Source: Escherichia coli (lineage in GTDB: Bacteria; Pseudomonadota; Gammaproteobacteria; Enterobacterales; Enterobacteriaceae). Taken from it: 64,000 nt of DNA. Location: the NCBI RefSeq assembly GCF_022846255.1, contig NZ_AP025682.1; one strand, written 5' to 3'. The position numbers and the translations under genes were made by a program. Below, piece after piece: positions 18,388-30,927 of the stretch; the stretch's first letter is position 1, and the number at the start of each line of letters is the position of its first letter. Under the pieces are notes generated by a model. It saw nothing but the letters and a program-made list of their open reading frames with translations. It did no database searches and was not told the origin of the DNA.

Positions 18388-19362
18388 ATGCAATACAACC
18401 CCTTAGGAAAAACCGACCTTCGCGTTTCCCGACTTTGCCTCGGCTGTATGACCTTTGGCGAGCCAGATCGCGGTAATCACGCATGGACACTGCCGGAAGA
18501 GAGCAGCCGTCCCATCATTAAACGCGCACTGGAAGGCGGCATAAATTTCTTTGATACCGCCAATAGCTATTCCGATGGCAGCAGCGAAGAGATCGTCGGT
18601 CGCGCACTGCGGGATTTTGCCCGTCGTGAAGACGTGGTCGTTGCCACCAAAGTGTTCCATCGCGTTGGTGATTTACCGGAAGGATTATCCCGTGCGCAAA
18701 TTCTACGTTCTATTGACGACAGCCTGCGCCGTCTCGGCATGGATTATGTCGATATCCTGCAAATTCATCGCTGGGATTACAACACGCCGATCGAAGAGAC
18801 GCTGGAAGCCCTCAACGACGTGGTAAAAGCCGGGAAAGCGCGTTATATCGGCGCGTCATCCATGCACGCTTCGCAGTTTGCTCAAGCACTGGAACTACAA
18901 AAACAGCACGGCTGGGCGCAGTTTGTCAGTATGCAGGATCACTACAATCTGATTTATCGTGAAGAAGAGCGCGAGATGCTGCCGCTGTGTTATCAGGAAG
19001 GCGTGGCGGTGATTCCATGGAGCCCGCTGGCGCGGGGCCGTCTGACGCGTCCTTGGGGAGAAACCACCGCACGGCTGGTGTCGGATGAAGTGGGGAAAAA
19101 TCTCTACCAAGAAAGCGATGAAAATGACGCACAAATTGCAGAACGCTTAACGGGCGTCAGTGAAGAACTTGGTGCAACACGAGCACAAGTTGCGCTGGCC
19201 TGGTTGTTGAGTAAACCGGGCATTGCCGCACCGATTATCGGAACTTCGCGGGAAGAACAGCTTGATGAGCTGCTGAACGCGGTGGATATCACTTTAAAGC
19301 CGGAACAGATTGCTGAACTGGAAACGCCGTATAAACCGCATCCGGTAGTAGGATTTAAATAG
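18388..19362 (+). CDS. yajO: Aldo-keto reductase family protein YajO
   Basis: 324-aa ORF MQYNPLGKTDLRVSRLCLGCMTFGEPDRG... Confidence 0.93.
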   Translation: MQYNPLGKTDLRVSRLCLGCMTFGEPDRGNHAWTLPEESSRPIIKRALEGGINFFDTANSYSDGSSEEIVGRALRDFARREDVVVATKVFHRVGDLPEGLSRAQILRSIDDSLRRLGMDYVDILQIHRWDYNTPIEETLEALNDVVKAGKARYIGASSMHASQFAQALELQKQHGWAQFVSMQDHYNLIYREEEREMLPLCYQEGVAVIPWSPLARGRLTRPWGETTARLVSDEVGKNLYQESDENDAQIAERLTGVSEELGATRAQVALAWLLSKPGIAAPIIGTSREEQLDELLNAVDITLKPEQIAELETPYKPHPVVGFK

Positions 19363-19370
19363 GTATGCAG

Positions 19371-19403
19371 GCCTGATGAGACGTGACAAGCGTCACATCA
19401 GGC
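19371..19403. repeat. REP-like palindromic element
   Basis: gcctgatgagacgtgacaagcgtcacatcaggc, a near-perfect palindrome between convergent yajO and pgpA. Confidence 0.6.
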
Positions 19404-19415
19404 ATCGGTGCACAA

Positions 19416-19934
19416 CTACGACAGAATACCCAGCGGCCAGTGATGACCGATAAAGTACAGGATGCCTGCGGAAATCACCCCGGCGACAATATCGTCGATC
19501 ATGATCCCCATGCCGCCATGTACATTGCGATCAAACCAACGGATCGGCCACGGCTTCCACATATCCAGGATACGGAAAATCACAAACCCGGCGGCAACCC
19601 ACTGCCAGTCATTGGTCGGCAGCGCCATGAGCGTGATCCACATACCGATAAATTCGTCCCAGACAATGCTGCCGTGATCGTGCACGCCCATGTCTTTCGC
19701 CGTTTGATGACAAAGATAGACGCCGATACAGATCCCCAGCATCACCACCAGCGAATAGAGCTGCCAGGGCAAAAAGGTCATCAGATACCAGAACGGAATC
19801 GCCGCCAGCGATCCCATCGTGCCAGGAACGATTGGGCTTAATCCACTTCCGAATCCGACAGCAAGCAGATGCCACGGATTACTCATCTTCAGGCGACTTT
19901 TCGCGACATCTTTATGGCGTGGCAAAATGGTCAT
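19416..19934 (-). CDS. pgpA: Phosphatidylglycerophosphatase A
   Basis: 172-aa [35 protein letters not shown]... Confidence 0.95.
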   Translation of the reverse strand: MTILPRHKDVAKSRLKMSNPWHLLAVGFGSGLSPIVPGTMGSLAAIPFWYLMTFLPWQLYSLVVMLGICIGVYLCHQTAKDMGVHDHGSIVWDEFIGMWITLMALPTNDWQWVAAGFVIFRILDMWKPWPIRWFDRNVHGGMGIMIDDIVAGVISAGILYFIGHHWPLGILS

Positions 19935-20889
19935 ATCCTTTCCAGTCTAACGTGACAGGTTCGCCGTCACGAATAAAACAAAGCCCTTCGATATCGGCGG
20001 TCATTTGCCCGATACAGGTAAACGGTACGCCCAGGTGTCCGAGAGCCACATCCAGCGCGCCACGGTTCAGTTCCGGCACCGTGAAACACAACTCGTAATC
20101 TTCACCGCCAGAGAGCGCCCAGCGCAACGCCTGTTCAGGTTCAACATGGCGAGAAAGCGCATCAGAAAACGGCAGCAATGCCAGGTCAATACGTGCGCCG
20201 CAGTCGCTGGCTTTCACGATATGCCCGAGATCGGAAATCAGACCGTCAGAGAGATCGATAGCTGAATTTGCCAGATCGCGCAGTGCCTGCCCCTGTAAAA
20301 TACGCGGCGATGGACGGAGATGACGTTTGATCAAGTAGTCCGCATCTTTAGCATCGGCAACCTGCAAACGGTTTTGCAAAATCGCCAGCCCGGCGGCGCT
20401 ATCGCCCGGTGTACCGGTCACATAGATCCAGTCACCCGGTTTCGCCCCAGCGCGCGTTAAGGCTCGTCCCATCGGAACAAAGCCGTGGATACCCAGCGTC
20501 ATTGATAATGGCCCACGCGTGGTATCGCCGCCAATGAGTTGCATATCGTAATAATTGAGAAGATCAAACAAACTGTCGCTGAAGGACTCAAGCCACGCTT
20601 CGTCGACGTCCGGTAAGGTTAATGCCAGCGTCAGCCAGGCCGGATCGGCCCCCATCGCTGCCAGATCGCTTAGGTTCACCGCCAGTGCTTTATACGCCAG
20701 ATCAGCAGGATCGATATCAGGGAGGAAGTGGTTGCCCGCCACCAGCGTATCAGTGCTGATCGCCAGGGTCTGCTTCTCGGGGATATTGAGAAGTGCGCAA
20801 TCGTCGCCAATGCCCAGTTCGACATCAAGACGAGAACTTCTTACACGGTCAAAATAACGGGCAATCAGGGAGAACTCGCCACATGCCAT
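19912..20889 (-). CDS. thiL: Thiamine-monophosphate kinase
   Basis: 325-aa [37 protein letters not shown]...; 3' end overlaps the pgpA start by 23 nt. Confidence 0.95.
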   Translation of the reverse strand: MACGEFSLIARYFDRVRSSRLDVELGIGDDCALLNIPEKQTLAISTDTLVAGNHFLPDIDPADLAYKALAVNLSDLAAMGADPAWLTLALTLPDVDEAWLESFSDSLFDLLNYYDMQLIGGDTTRGPLSMTLGIHGFVPMGRALTRAGAKPGDWIYVTGTPGDSAAGLAILQNRLQVADAKDADYLIKRHLRPSPRILQGQALRDLANSAIDLSDGLISDLGHIVKASDCGARIDLALLPFSDALSRHVEPEQALRWALSGGEDYELCFTVPELNRGALDVALGHLGVPFTCIGQMTADIEGLCFIRDGEPVTLDWKGYDHFATP

Positions 20890-20966
20890 ACGTTATGCCT
20901 CAGCAGGTAAAAAAGAAAAGGCCGGCGATCGCGGAACGGTCTTCCGTGAATCTACCGGCCTGGATA

Positions 20967-21386
20967 TCACTTTTTGTTAGGGCGAATCACAGGTGCTGCT
21001 TTATCGAGTACGCCGTTGACGAACTTATGGCTGTCTTCTGCGCCGAACGATTTCGCCAGTTCGATCGCTTCGTTAATGGCCACTTTGTATGGCACATCGC
21101 TACGTTTAGACAGCTCGTACAGCGCAATGCGCAGTACTGCTTTTTCTACCTGGCCCAGTTCTTCCAGCAGGCGGGACAGGTATGGCTTCATCAGTCCGTC
21201 GAGGTATGCGGTGTTAGTCGCCACCCCGGCCAGCAGCTCACGGAAGTACAGGACGTCAACGTCTTTTACATCCTGTTCAGCCAGGAACTGGTATTCAACA
21301 TCAGCGATGTCGTTCTGGGACAACTGCCAGGAGTAGAGCGCCTGGACGGCACACTCACGAGCGCGGCGACGAGCAGCAGGTTTCAC
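20967..21386 (-). CDS. nusB: Transcription antitermination factor NusB
   Basis: 139-aa [38 protein letters not shown]... Confidence 0.96.
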
Positions 21387-21405
21387 GGATTTCCCCTTAC
21401 TAATT

Positions 21406-21876
21406 TCAGGCCTTGATGGCTTTCAATACATTAATCATTTCAAGCGCGGTCAGTGCAGCTTCTGCACCTTTGTTGCCAGCTTTGGTGCCAGCACGTTCGA
21501 TCGCTTGTTCAATGCTTTCAGTGGTCAGAACCCCAAAAGCAACCGGAATTTCGCTGTCCTGGGCAACATGCGCCAGGCCGTTGCTTGCACCACCAGCGAC
21601 ATATTCAAAGTGGGCAGTGCCACCACGAATAACCGTACCCAGCGCAATCACCGCGTCGTATTTACCGGTTTTAGCCAGTGCACCCGCCGCCAGCGGCAGC
21701 TCATAGGCACCAGGCACCCAAACAACGGTAATGTTTTCATCTTTTACCTGACCGATACGTTTCAGTGCGTCAATTGCACCTTCCAGCAGGCTGTCATTGA
21801 TAAAGTTGTTGAAACGCGCGATGGTGATGGCGACGCGAGCGTCCGGGGTAGCAACGTTAGCTTCAATAATGTTCAT
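21406..21876 (-). CDS. ribE: 6,7-dimethyl-8-ribityllumazine synthase
   Basis: Start re-derived at [23 protein letters not shown] (156 aa); called ribE in E. coli and ribH elsewhere. Confidence 0.94.
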
Positions 21877-21964
21877 TTTCTTCCTTCGGGTTCGAGTATG
21901 GCCCCGCAGGGGGGCGGATTTTAGCATAATATTTCGTGCGCTGCTTCCCTTTCGAGCCGGGAGA

Positions 21965-23068
21965 TCATGCACCCACTAAATGCAGGCAAACATCCGGGCC
22001 TACATGACGTATCTCTTTGAATTTAAATTGGGGAGCGTCGGCTAATTTCTCAAGCCCTGGCAGCGTGCATAATCCACGGGCGTCGTTGCCTAATAGTTTA
22101 GGTGCGATATAGACAATCAGCTCATCGACTAAACCCGCCTGTAGCAATGCGCCAGCGAGCGTTGGCCCCGCTTCCACCCAGATGCTGTTAATTTGCTGTT
22201 TACCCAGTTGCATCATCAGTACAACCAGATCCAGATGACCTTTATGCTCTGGAATCAGCAAGGTACGCACCGTTTCCGGCCACTCACGAGAATCATCCTG
22301 CGTACGCGCGAACCAGGTTTCGCCGGGCTGCTGCACAATGCGATGTTCCGGCGTCACGCGATTTTGGCTATCAATCACAATACGTATCGGCTGACGGAGA
22401 TTTTGTTGCGGATAGAGCGCCTGAGTTTGTTCATCCAGTTCAGACCAACGCACTGTTAAGGCTGGATCATCCGCCAGCACCGTGGCGCTGCTGGTTAAAA
22501 TGGCATGACTTTGCGCGCGCAGTCGTTGTACGTCGCGTCGCGCCTGAGGTGAAGTGATCCACTGGCTTTCGCCACTCGCCATCGCCGTGCGACCATCAAG
22601 CGATGCGCCAAGTTTTAACTGAATATAAGGAAAGCCGGTGCGCATCCGCTTGAGAAAGCCTTTATTCAATTGCTCAGCTTCACTCATCATCAGCCCGTGG
22701 CTGACGTCAATGCCAGCCTGTTGCAGACGGTAAAGTCCACGTCCAGCGACCTGCGGATTGGGGTCTTGCATTGCAGCAACCACGCGCGCCACGCCCGCAG
22801 CAACTAATGCATCACAACACGGTGGCGTACGACCATGATGGCTACAGGGTTCGAGTGTGACATACGCCGTTGCGCCTTTGGCTTTTTCGCCGGCCATGCG
22901 CAACGCGTGTACCTCGGCATGAGGTTCACCCGCGCGTTGATGGTAACCTTCACCGACAATTTCGCCATCTTTGACAATGACGCACCCGACATTCGGGTTG
23001 GGATGCGTGGTAAAACGTCCTCGTTGCGCCAGCTTTAGCGCCCGCGCCATGTAATACTCGTCCTGCAC
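21965..23068 (-). CDS. ribD: Bifunctional riboflavin biosynthesis deaminase/reductase RibD
   Basis: 367-aa [38 protein letters not shown]... with the cytidine/dCMP-deaminase zinc motif (HAE...PCSHHG). Confidence 0.95.
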
Positions 23069-23071
23069 GGC

Positions 23072-23557
<486 letters not shown>

Positions 23558-23671
23558 TTACCCTGAACTGACGATACAACAAAGGCGCAACGCTTTTGAG
23601 ATAAAGGATCGATGCTTTCACTGCTTTTACCCTCTACCATTAGGCTAATTGCGACGAGAAAGGGACGACCT

Positions 23672-24211
23672 ATGAATACTAACGTTTTTCGACTGCTCCT
23701 GCTGGGAAGTCTGTTCAGCCTTAGCGCCTGTGTGCAGCAAAGTGAAGTGCGACAGATGAAACACAGCGTCAGCACGCTGAACCAGGAGATGACGCAGCTC
23801 AATAAAGAAACGGTCAAAATCACTCAGCAAAACAGGCTGAATGCAAAATCCAGCAGTGGGGTTTACCTTCTGCCTGGAGCAAAAACACCAGCAAGACTGG
23901 AAAGCCAGATCGGTACTTTACGTATGTCGCTGGTGAATATTACGCCTGATACAGATGGCACCACCCTGACGCTACGTATTCAGGGCGAATCCAATGACCC
24001 TTTACCCGCATTCAGCGGAACCGTTGAATATGGGCAAATTCAGGGAACAATAGACAACTTTCAGGAAATCAATGTGCAGAATCAATTGATTAACGCACCT
24101 GCCAGCGTCCTCGCCCCCAGCGATGTTGATATTCCGTTACAGTTAAAGGGTATTTCTGTGGATCAGTTAGGCTTTGTACGTATCCACGACATTCAACCTG
24201 TTATGCAGTAA
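23672..24211 (+). CDS. yajI: Lipoprotein YajI
   Basis: Start re-derived at MNTNVFRLLLLGSLFSLSAC (179 aa) with lipobox LSAC. Confidence 0.9.
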   Translation: MNTNVFRLLLLGSLFSLSACVQQSEVRQMKHSVSTLNQEMTQLNKETVKITQQNRLNAKSSSGVYLLPGAKTPARLESQIGTLRMSLVNITPDTDGTTLTLRIQGESNDPLPAFSGTVEYGQIQGTIDNFQEINVQNQLINAPASVLAPSDVDIPLQLKGISVDQLGFVRIHDIQPVMQ

Positions 24212-24509
24212 ACGTATTGCGGGGCGATATTGTGCGTCCCGCAACATCTTTCTCCGTCATTTTGTTACTCCGCTTACATCACCTGGATTGATAGTAAAAG
24301 TTTGCAACAAGGGTGAAAGTCAGTACAATCCCCGCCCGAATGTGTGTAAACGTGAACGCAATCGATTACGTAAATGATAGAACTGTGAAACGAAACATAT
24401 TTTTGTGAGCAATGATTTCTATAATAGGCTCCTCTGTATACGAAATATTTAGAAACGCAATTTGCGCCTTTTTCACTCCCGCAAGGGATTTTCAAACAGT
24501 GGCATACAT

Positions 24510-25394
24510 ATGAAAAAAACATTACTGGCAGCCGGTGCGGTACTGGCGCTCTCTTCGTCTTTTACTGTCAACGCAGCTGAAAACGACAAACCGCAGTATC
24601 TTTCCGACTGGTGGCACCAGAGCGTTAACGTTGTCGGAAGCTATCACACCCGTTTCGGACCGCAGCTCCGCAACGATACCTACCTTGAGTACGAAGCATT
24701 CGCTAAAAAAGACTGGTTCGACTTCTATGGTTATGCGGATGCGCCGGTATTCTTCGGCGGTAACTCCGATGCAAAAGGTATCTGGAACCACGGTTCTCCG
24801 CTGTTTATGGAAATCGAACCGCGTTTCTCCATTGACAAGCTGACCAATACTGACCTTAGCTTCGGTCCGTTCAAAGAGTGGTACTTCGCGAACAACTACA
24901 TTTACGACATGGGTCGTAATAAAGATGGTCGCCAGAGCACCTGGTACATGGGTCTGGGTACCGATATCGATACTGGCCTGCCGATGAGCCTGTCCATGAA
25001 CGTCTATGCGAAATACCAGTGGCAGAACTATGGCGCAGCGAATGAAAACGAGTGGGACGGTTACCGTTTCAAAATTAAATACTTTGTGCCGATTACCGAT
25101 CTGTGGGGCGGTCAGCTGAGCTACATCGGCTTCACCAACTTCGACTGGGGTTCCGATTTAGGGGATGACAGCGGTAACGCAATCAACGGTATTAAGACCC
25201 GTACCAATAACTCCATCGCTTCCAGCCATATTCTGGCTCTGAACTACGATCACTGGCACTACTCTGTCGTAGCTCGTTACTGGCACGACGGTGGTCAGTG
25301 GAACGACGATGCAGAACTGAACTTCGGCAACGGCAACTTCAACGTTCGCTCTACCGGCTGGGGTGGTTACCTGGTAGTAGGTTACAATTTCTAA
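24510..25394 (+). CDS. tsx: Nucleoside-specific outer-membrane channel Tsx
   Basis: Start re-derived at [22 protein letters not shown] (294 aa) within the 310-aa track ORF. Confidence 0.95.
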   Translation: MKKTLLAAGAVLALSSSFTVNAAENDKPQYLSDWWHQSVNVVGSYHTRFGPQLRNDTYLEYEAFAKKDWFDFYGYADAPVFFGGNSDAKGIWNHGSPLFMEIEPRFSIDKLTNTDLSFGPFKEWYFANNYIYDMGRNKDGRQSTWYMGLGTDIDTGLPMSLSMNVYAKYQWQNYGAANENEWDGYRFKIKYFVPITDLWGGQLSYIGFTNFDWGSDLGDDSGNAINGIKTRTNNSIASSHILALNYDHWHYSVVARYWHDGGQWNDDAELNFGNGNFNVRSTGWGGYLVVGYNF

Positions 25395-25402
25395 TTGTGA
25401 GA

Positions 25403-25431
25403 ATGCCGGATTTCATATCCGGCATTTTTTA
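25403..25431. terminator. Bidirectional rho-independent terminator between convergent tsx and yajD
   Basis: Hairpin aatgccggatttcatatccggcatt followed by ttttt. Confidence 0.7.
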
Positions 25432-25779
25432 TCACTTCTTCTTGTTCATCATCGCTTTCAAATCAGCGAATGGGTTGTACTTCGCTTCACCGACATCTTT
25501 CTGCGCATCTTCCCCTGCGATAACGGTCGTACCATACTGATCTGCTTCGGTATATTTTGAATGCTCGTGATCGTGGCAATAAAGACACAATAACTCCCAG
25601 TTACTGCCGTCTTCCGGGTTATTGGTATGGTCGTGATCAATGTGGTGAACGGTAAGTTCACGCAGGTTGGAATAAACAAACTCGCGAGAACAACGACCGC
25701 AGACCCACGGATAGATTTTTAATGCTTTTTCGCGATAGCCGCTTTCTAACCGCGCATAGTTTTTTGGGATTATAGCCAT
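25432..25779 (-). CDS. yajD: HNH endonuclease family protein YajD
   Basis: 115-aa ORF MAIIPKNYARLESGYREKALKIYPWVCGRCSREF...HHIDHDHTNN... Confidence 0.93.
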   Translation of the reverse strand: MAIIPKNYARLESGYREKALKIYPWVCGRCSREFVYSNLRELTVHHIDHDHTNNPEDGSNWELLCLYCHDHEHSKYTEADQYGTTVIAGEDAQKDVGEAKYNPFADLKAMMNKKK

Positions 25780-25866
25780 GAAAAGTTACCTGGATGAAAT
25801 GTAGGGTTACGCGCAGTTTCCCAAGATGCGGGGATTTTCGCAATCCTGAGTCAAGAAATTCTCACA

Positions 25867-26148
25867 TTACCAGTGACGGCGAGGTTCCATCAGCTGATGA
25901 AGAATGCGCGCAATGAGAATGTCATCGACTCTTATAACGTAATAAACAGTGTGAAACCTAAATGCGATCTTCTTTACCTCTGGAATCGCATCATAGTCTT
26001 GCCCTATCTCGGGCATTTGAGAGAGTGTATCCAGAAAAATGCCGAGAGAGTCGGTATAGCGATCCGCCTGCTCCTCACCAAACTTTCCCAGCGTGTAGTC
26101 ATAGATCCCTCTGAAATCTTCAACAGCTTTTCCGCTAAGCTTATACAC
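25867..26148 (-). CDS. ParE/RelE-superfamily type II toxin (putative)
   Basis: Track ORF 25867..26181 (104 aa); composition resembles ParE-family toxins (N-terminal YKLSGKAVEDF..., C-terminal ...YYVIRVDDILIARILHQLMEP). A GTG at 26148 overlapping the antitoxin stop is the more likely start; the 26181 GTG is the alternative. Confidence 0.7.
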   Translation of the reverse strand: MYKLSGKAVEDFRGIYDYTLGKFGEEQADRYTDSLGIFLDTLSQMPEIGQDYDAIPEVKKIAFRFHTVYYVIRVDDILIARILHQLMEPRRHW

Positions 26149-26383
26149 GATGTTTTTGCTTCCTTTCTGCTGCGATATCACGAAGCGTCATCGAACTTTC
26201 ACCGCTCTCAAGACCTTCAATAACTGCATTTCTGACAGCTTCATCCCTGGATTCTTGTTGTTCCAATAGACGAAGCGCTGAACGCATCACTTCACTGGCC
26301 GAGCCATAACGACCAGACTGGACCATCCGGGTAATAAAACTATCTAATTGTTCGCCAACGCTTACTGAGGTAATTTTGCGCAT
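26141..26383 (-). CDS. ParD-family (ribbon-helix-helix) type II antitoxin (putative)
   Basis: 80-aa ORF MRKITSVSVGEQLDSFITRMVQSGRYGSASEVMRSALRLLEQQESRDE...; the GRY.SASEV.R.ALRLL pattern is typical of ParD/COG3609 antitoxins; GGAG ~9 nt upstream of the ATG; sits directly upstream of and overlapping the toxin ORF. Confidence 0.75.
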   Translation of the reverse strand: MRKITSVSVGEQLDSFITRMVQSGRYGSASEVMRSALRLLEQQESRDEAVRNAVIEGLESGESSMTLRDIAAERKQKHRV

Positions 26384-26533
26384 AAGCGATCTCCATGTAT
26401 TAACTATTAATACAAAGTATATGTCAGAACTCTTTCTACAACCAAACCGTATTCAGTTGCATGTGAAACAGGCAAAAAAAACCGCAGCGCAAATACGCCA
26501 CGGTTTTTTTAACAGAACGGATTTAAAACACCC

Positions 26534-27505
26534 TTAAGGCAGAATTGACGGCTGATCCGCCCCTTCTTTTTCCACTTTCTGCTGCAACATGTGTTCGCGC
26601 TTCATACCCAGTTTCAGAGCCAGCGCCGATGCCACATAGATGGAAGATGCAGTACCGATGGAAACACCGATAAGCATGGTCAGCGAGAAGCCTTCCAGTA
26701 CCGGACCACCGAAGAGGTACAGCATCAGGATAACCATCAAGGTAGTACCGGATGTGATCAAGGTACGGTGCAGCGTCTGGGTCAAGGACACGTTAAAGAT
26801 TTCGTAAGGCGTACCGCGACGGATCTTGCGGAAGTTTTCACGAATACGGTCCGATACCACGATACTGTCGTTAAGCGAGTAACCGATAACTGACATCAAC
26901 GATGCCACAATGGTCAGGTCAATCTCGATATGGAATAACGACAAAATACCCAGCGTAATGATAACGTCGTGCGCCAGCGCAATAACAACCCCTGCCGCCA
27001 GTCGCCACTCAAAGCGGAAACCTACGTACACGAGGATAGACAGCAGCGCCGCCATCAACGCCATCGCACCGGTTTGCGCAAGGTCTGCCCCCACGCTCGG
27101 ACCGACGAACTCAATACGCTTCACTGCCGCATTCTGATTGGTGGATTCGTTAATCACCTTCAGAACCTGGCTGCCCAGCACCTGACCGCCGGTTTCGCCT
27201 TCAGCAGGCGGCATACGGACCATGATGTCGTGGCTGCTACCAAAGTTTTGCAGCATCGGCTCTTCAAAACCGGCTTTTTGCAATGCATCACGCATTACGT
27301 CAATTTCAGCCGGTTTTTCGAGCGTAATTTCAATAACCGTACCACCGGTAAAATCCAGCCCCCAGTTAAAGCCGCGCACGCCCATAATAACGATAGCGGC
27401 GATTAACAGCAGACCAGAGATGCCGAAAGCCCAGTAGTCCCAGCGCATAAAGTCATAGACTTTACGGCCGTGGTTTAGTTGTTCAACAGTATATTCCTGT
27501 GCCAC
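26534..27505 (-). CDS. secF: Protein translocase subunit SecF
   Basis: GTG start at 27505 giving (M)[24 protein letters not shown]... (323 aa); the track ORF extends 15 codons upstream to an ATG. Confidence 0.94.
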
Positions 27506-27515
27506 ATCGCACTCC

Positions 27516-29363
27516 TCAGATTGACAGCTTCTTGACGCGCTTGCCGCCATATAGCAGGTTTACGATGGCACGCGTACCGACAATCGCGGTAAACATCGAC
27601 GTCGCCACACCGATACCGGTAGTAATCGCGAACCCTTTAATTGCCCCGGTACCCACTGCATACAGGATGATGACTTTAATCAGCGTGGTGATGTTCGCAT
27701 CGAAGATAGAACTGAATGCGCCACGATAACCTTCATCAATTGCCTGTTGAACAGTACGTCCGTTGCTCAACTCTTCTTTAATACGTTCGTTGATCAGTAC
27801 GTTCGCATCGACCGCTACCGCAAGGGTTAAGACGATACCCGCGATACCTGGCATACTCAGCGTTGCGCCTGGCAACAGCGACATAATACCGACAATCAAG
27901 ATCAAGTTGGCAATCAGAGCACTGGTCGCAATCAGACCAAACTTCTTATAGAAGATGATCATGAACAGAATAGAAACCAGCAGACCGGCAAGGCAAGCCT
28001 CCAGCCCCTGCTCAATGTTCTGCATACCCAGGGTTGGGCCAATGGTACGTTCTTCAACAATCTGAATCGGCGCGATCAACGCACCGGCACGCAGCAGCAG
28101 TGAAAGCTGACGCGCTTCGCTTGGGTTATTGATGCCAGTAATACGGAAGCTGTTACCCAGACGAGACTGGATGTTGGCGATATTAATCACCTCTTCCTGT
28201 TTCACCAGAACCGCACGACCGTTTGCATCTTTCTTACCGCTGTCTTTGTACTCCACAAACAGGGTTGCCATCGGTTTGCCGATGTTGTCCTTGGTGAAGT
28301 TAGACATGATGTTACCACCCGCGCTATCGAGCGAGATGTTAACCTGCGGCTGGTTGTATTCGTCCTGGCTGGAAGTGGAGTCGGTGATATGGTCACCGGT
28401 CAGAATTACGCGTTTGTACAGCACAACCGGCTGACCTTCGCGGGTCTGTTTCACTTCAGAGTCGCCCGGTACGCGACCGGATGCCGCAGCGGCCTGATCA
28501 ACGTTGGTGTTTACCAGACGGAATTCCAGCGTTGCCGTTGCACCCAGAATCTCTTTCGCACGCGCAGTGTCCTGAATACCTGGCAGTTCAACAACGATAC
28601 GGTCAGCACCCTGACGCTGAACCACCGGCTCCGCCACGCCAAGTTGGTTTACACGGTTACGCAGGATATTGATGTTCTGCTGCACCGCATATTCACGCGC
28701 TTCACTCAGACGAGCATCGCTCATTACCGCACGCAGCTGGTTGCTGCCCTGGCTGCTAATCACCAGGTCCGGATGGCGCTTGCTCAGATACGCAATGGCT
28801 TCATCACGAGCTTTAGCATCGCGGAAAGTGATGCTCAGGCCGTAGTTGTTTTCTTTACGAACGGTGGTATACGGGATGCCCTTTTCACGCAGGTCGCTGC
28901 GCAGGCTATCGATATTTTGTTCCTGGAGTTTGCCAAGCGCGGTGTCCATATCCACTTCCATCAGGAAGTGAACGCCGCCACGCAGGTCAAGGCCGAGCTT
29001 CATCGGCTCAGCATGAATGGCTGCCAGCCAGCGCGGCGTTGCCGGGGCAAGGTTAAGCGCCACGACGTATTTGTCACCCATAACGCCCATTAATGCTTCA
29101 CGAGCGCGCAGCTGGGTGTCAGTGGAGTCGAAGCGCGCAAGAATAGCGCCCTCTTCCAGTGCCACAGACTTAGCAGTTATTTTTTCTTCTTGTAACGTTT
29201 TCTGGACCTGGATCAGCGTTTGCTCACTGGCGGCGACTCCGCGCGCACCAGTGATCTGAACAGCCGGATCCTCACCAAACAGGTTGGGAAGCGCATACAG
29301 CAGACCGATGACAATCACCACGATCAGCATGACGTACTTCCACAAAGGATAACGGTTTAACAC
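27516..29363 (-). CDS. secD: Protein translocase subunit SecD
   Basis: 615-aa [42 protein letters not shown]... Confidence 0.96.
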   Translation of the reverse strand: MLNRYPLWKYVMLIVVIVIGLLYALPNLFGEDPAVQITGARGVAASEQTLIQVQKTLQEEKITAKSVALEEGAILARFDSTDTQLRAREALMGVMGDKYVVALNLAPATPRWLAAIHAEPMKLGLDLRGGVHFLMEVDMDTALGKLQEQNIDSLRSDLREKGIPYTTVRKENNYGLSITFRDAKARDEAIAYLSKRHPDLVISSQGSNQLRAVMSDARLSEAREYAVQQNINILRNRVNQLGVAEPVVQRQGADRIVVELPGIQDTARAKEILGATATLEFRLVNTNVDQAAAASGRVPGDSEVKQTREGQPVVLYKRVILTGDHITDSTSSQDEYNQPQVNISLDSAGGNIMSNFTKDNIGKPMATLFVEYKDSGKKDANGRAVLVKQEEVINIANIQSRLGNSFRITGINNPSEARQLSLLLRAGALIAPIQIVEERTIGPTLGMQNIEQGLEACLAGLLVSILFMIIFYKKFGLIATSALIANLILIVGIMSLLPGATLSMPGIAGIVLTLAVAVDANVLINERIKEELSNGRTVQQAIDEGYRGAFSSIFDANITTLIKVIILYAVGTGAIKGFAITTGIGVATSMFTAIVGTRAIVNLLYGGKRVKKLSI

Positions 29364-29390
29364 GGCAATTCCCTTAGGGAAAAATTTTAA

Positions 29391-29723
29391 TTACAGCGCC
29401 TTCATGGTGCCTTTCGGCAGAACGGCAGCTACGAAGTCACGTTTAATAACTACTTCAGTGGTGTCATTCAGTGCGATAGCAATGTAGCCGTTTTCCGCTA
29501 CTTTGGTTACGCGACCGACCAGGCCACCGTTCGTCAGCACTTCATCACCTTTAGCGATGGAGTCCATCAGCTTTTTGTGTTCTTTGGTGCGCTTCTGCTG
29601 TGGACGCAGGATCATGAAATAGAAAATCAGACCGAATACCACCAGCATCAAAATCAAAGACATCGGGCTACCTTGCGCCGGTGCACCCGTTGCCGCTACC
29701 GCATCAGAAATAAAAAAGCTCAT
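29391..29723 (-). CDS. yajC: Sec translocon accessory subunit YajC
   Basis: Start re-derived at MSFFISDAVAATGAPAQGSPMSLILMLVVFG (110 aa). Confidence 0.94.
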   Translation of the reverse strand: MSFFISDAVAATGAPAQGSPMSLILMLVVFGLIFYFMILRPQQKRTKEHKKLMDSIAKGDEVLTNGGLVGRVTKVAENGYIAIALNDTTEVVIKRDFVAAVLPKGTMKAL

Positions 29724-29745
29724 TAAATTTCCCTCATTATTAATA

Positions 29746-30888
<1,143 letters not shown>

Positions 30889-30927
30889 TCAGAAAAACAG
30901 TCCAACGTTTAAACCAGCGCCGCGGAA

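Noticed and set aside
25780-26533. Mobile element (IS or integrase) bringing in the toxin-antitoxin pair
   Set aside because: No transposase or integrase ORF, and no terminal inverted repeats that I could see flanking the pair; the insertion mechanism remains unknown.
28389-29093. 234-aa ORF on the + strand
   Set aside because: Antisense to secD; shadow ORF.
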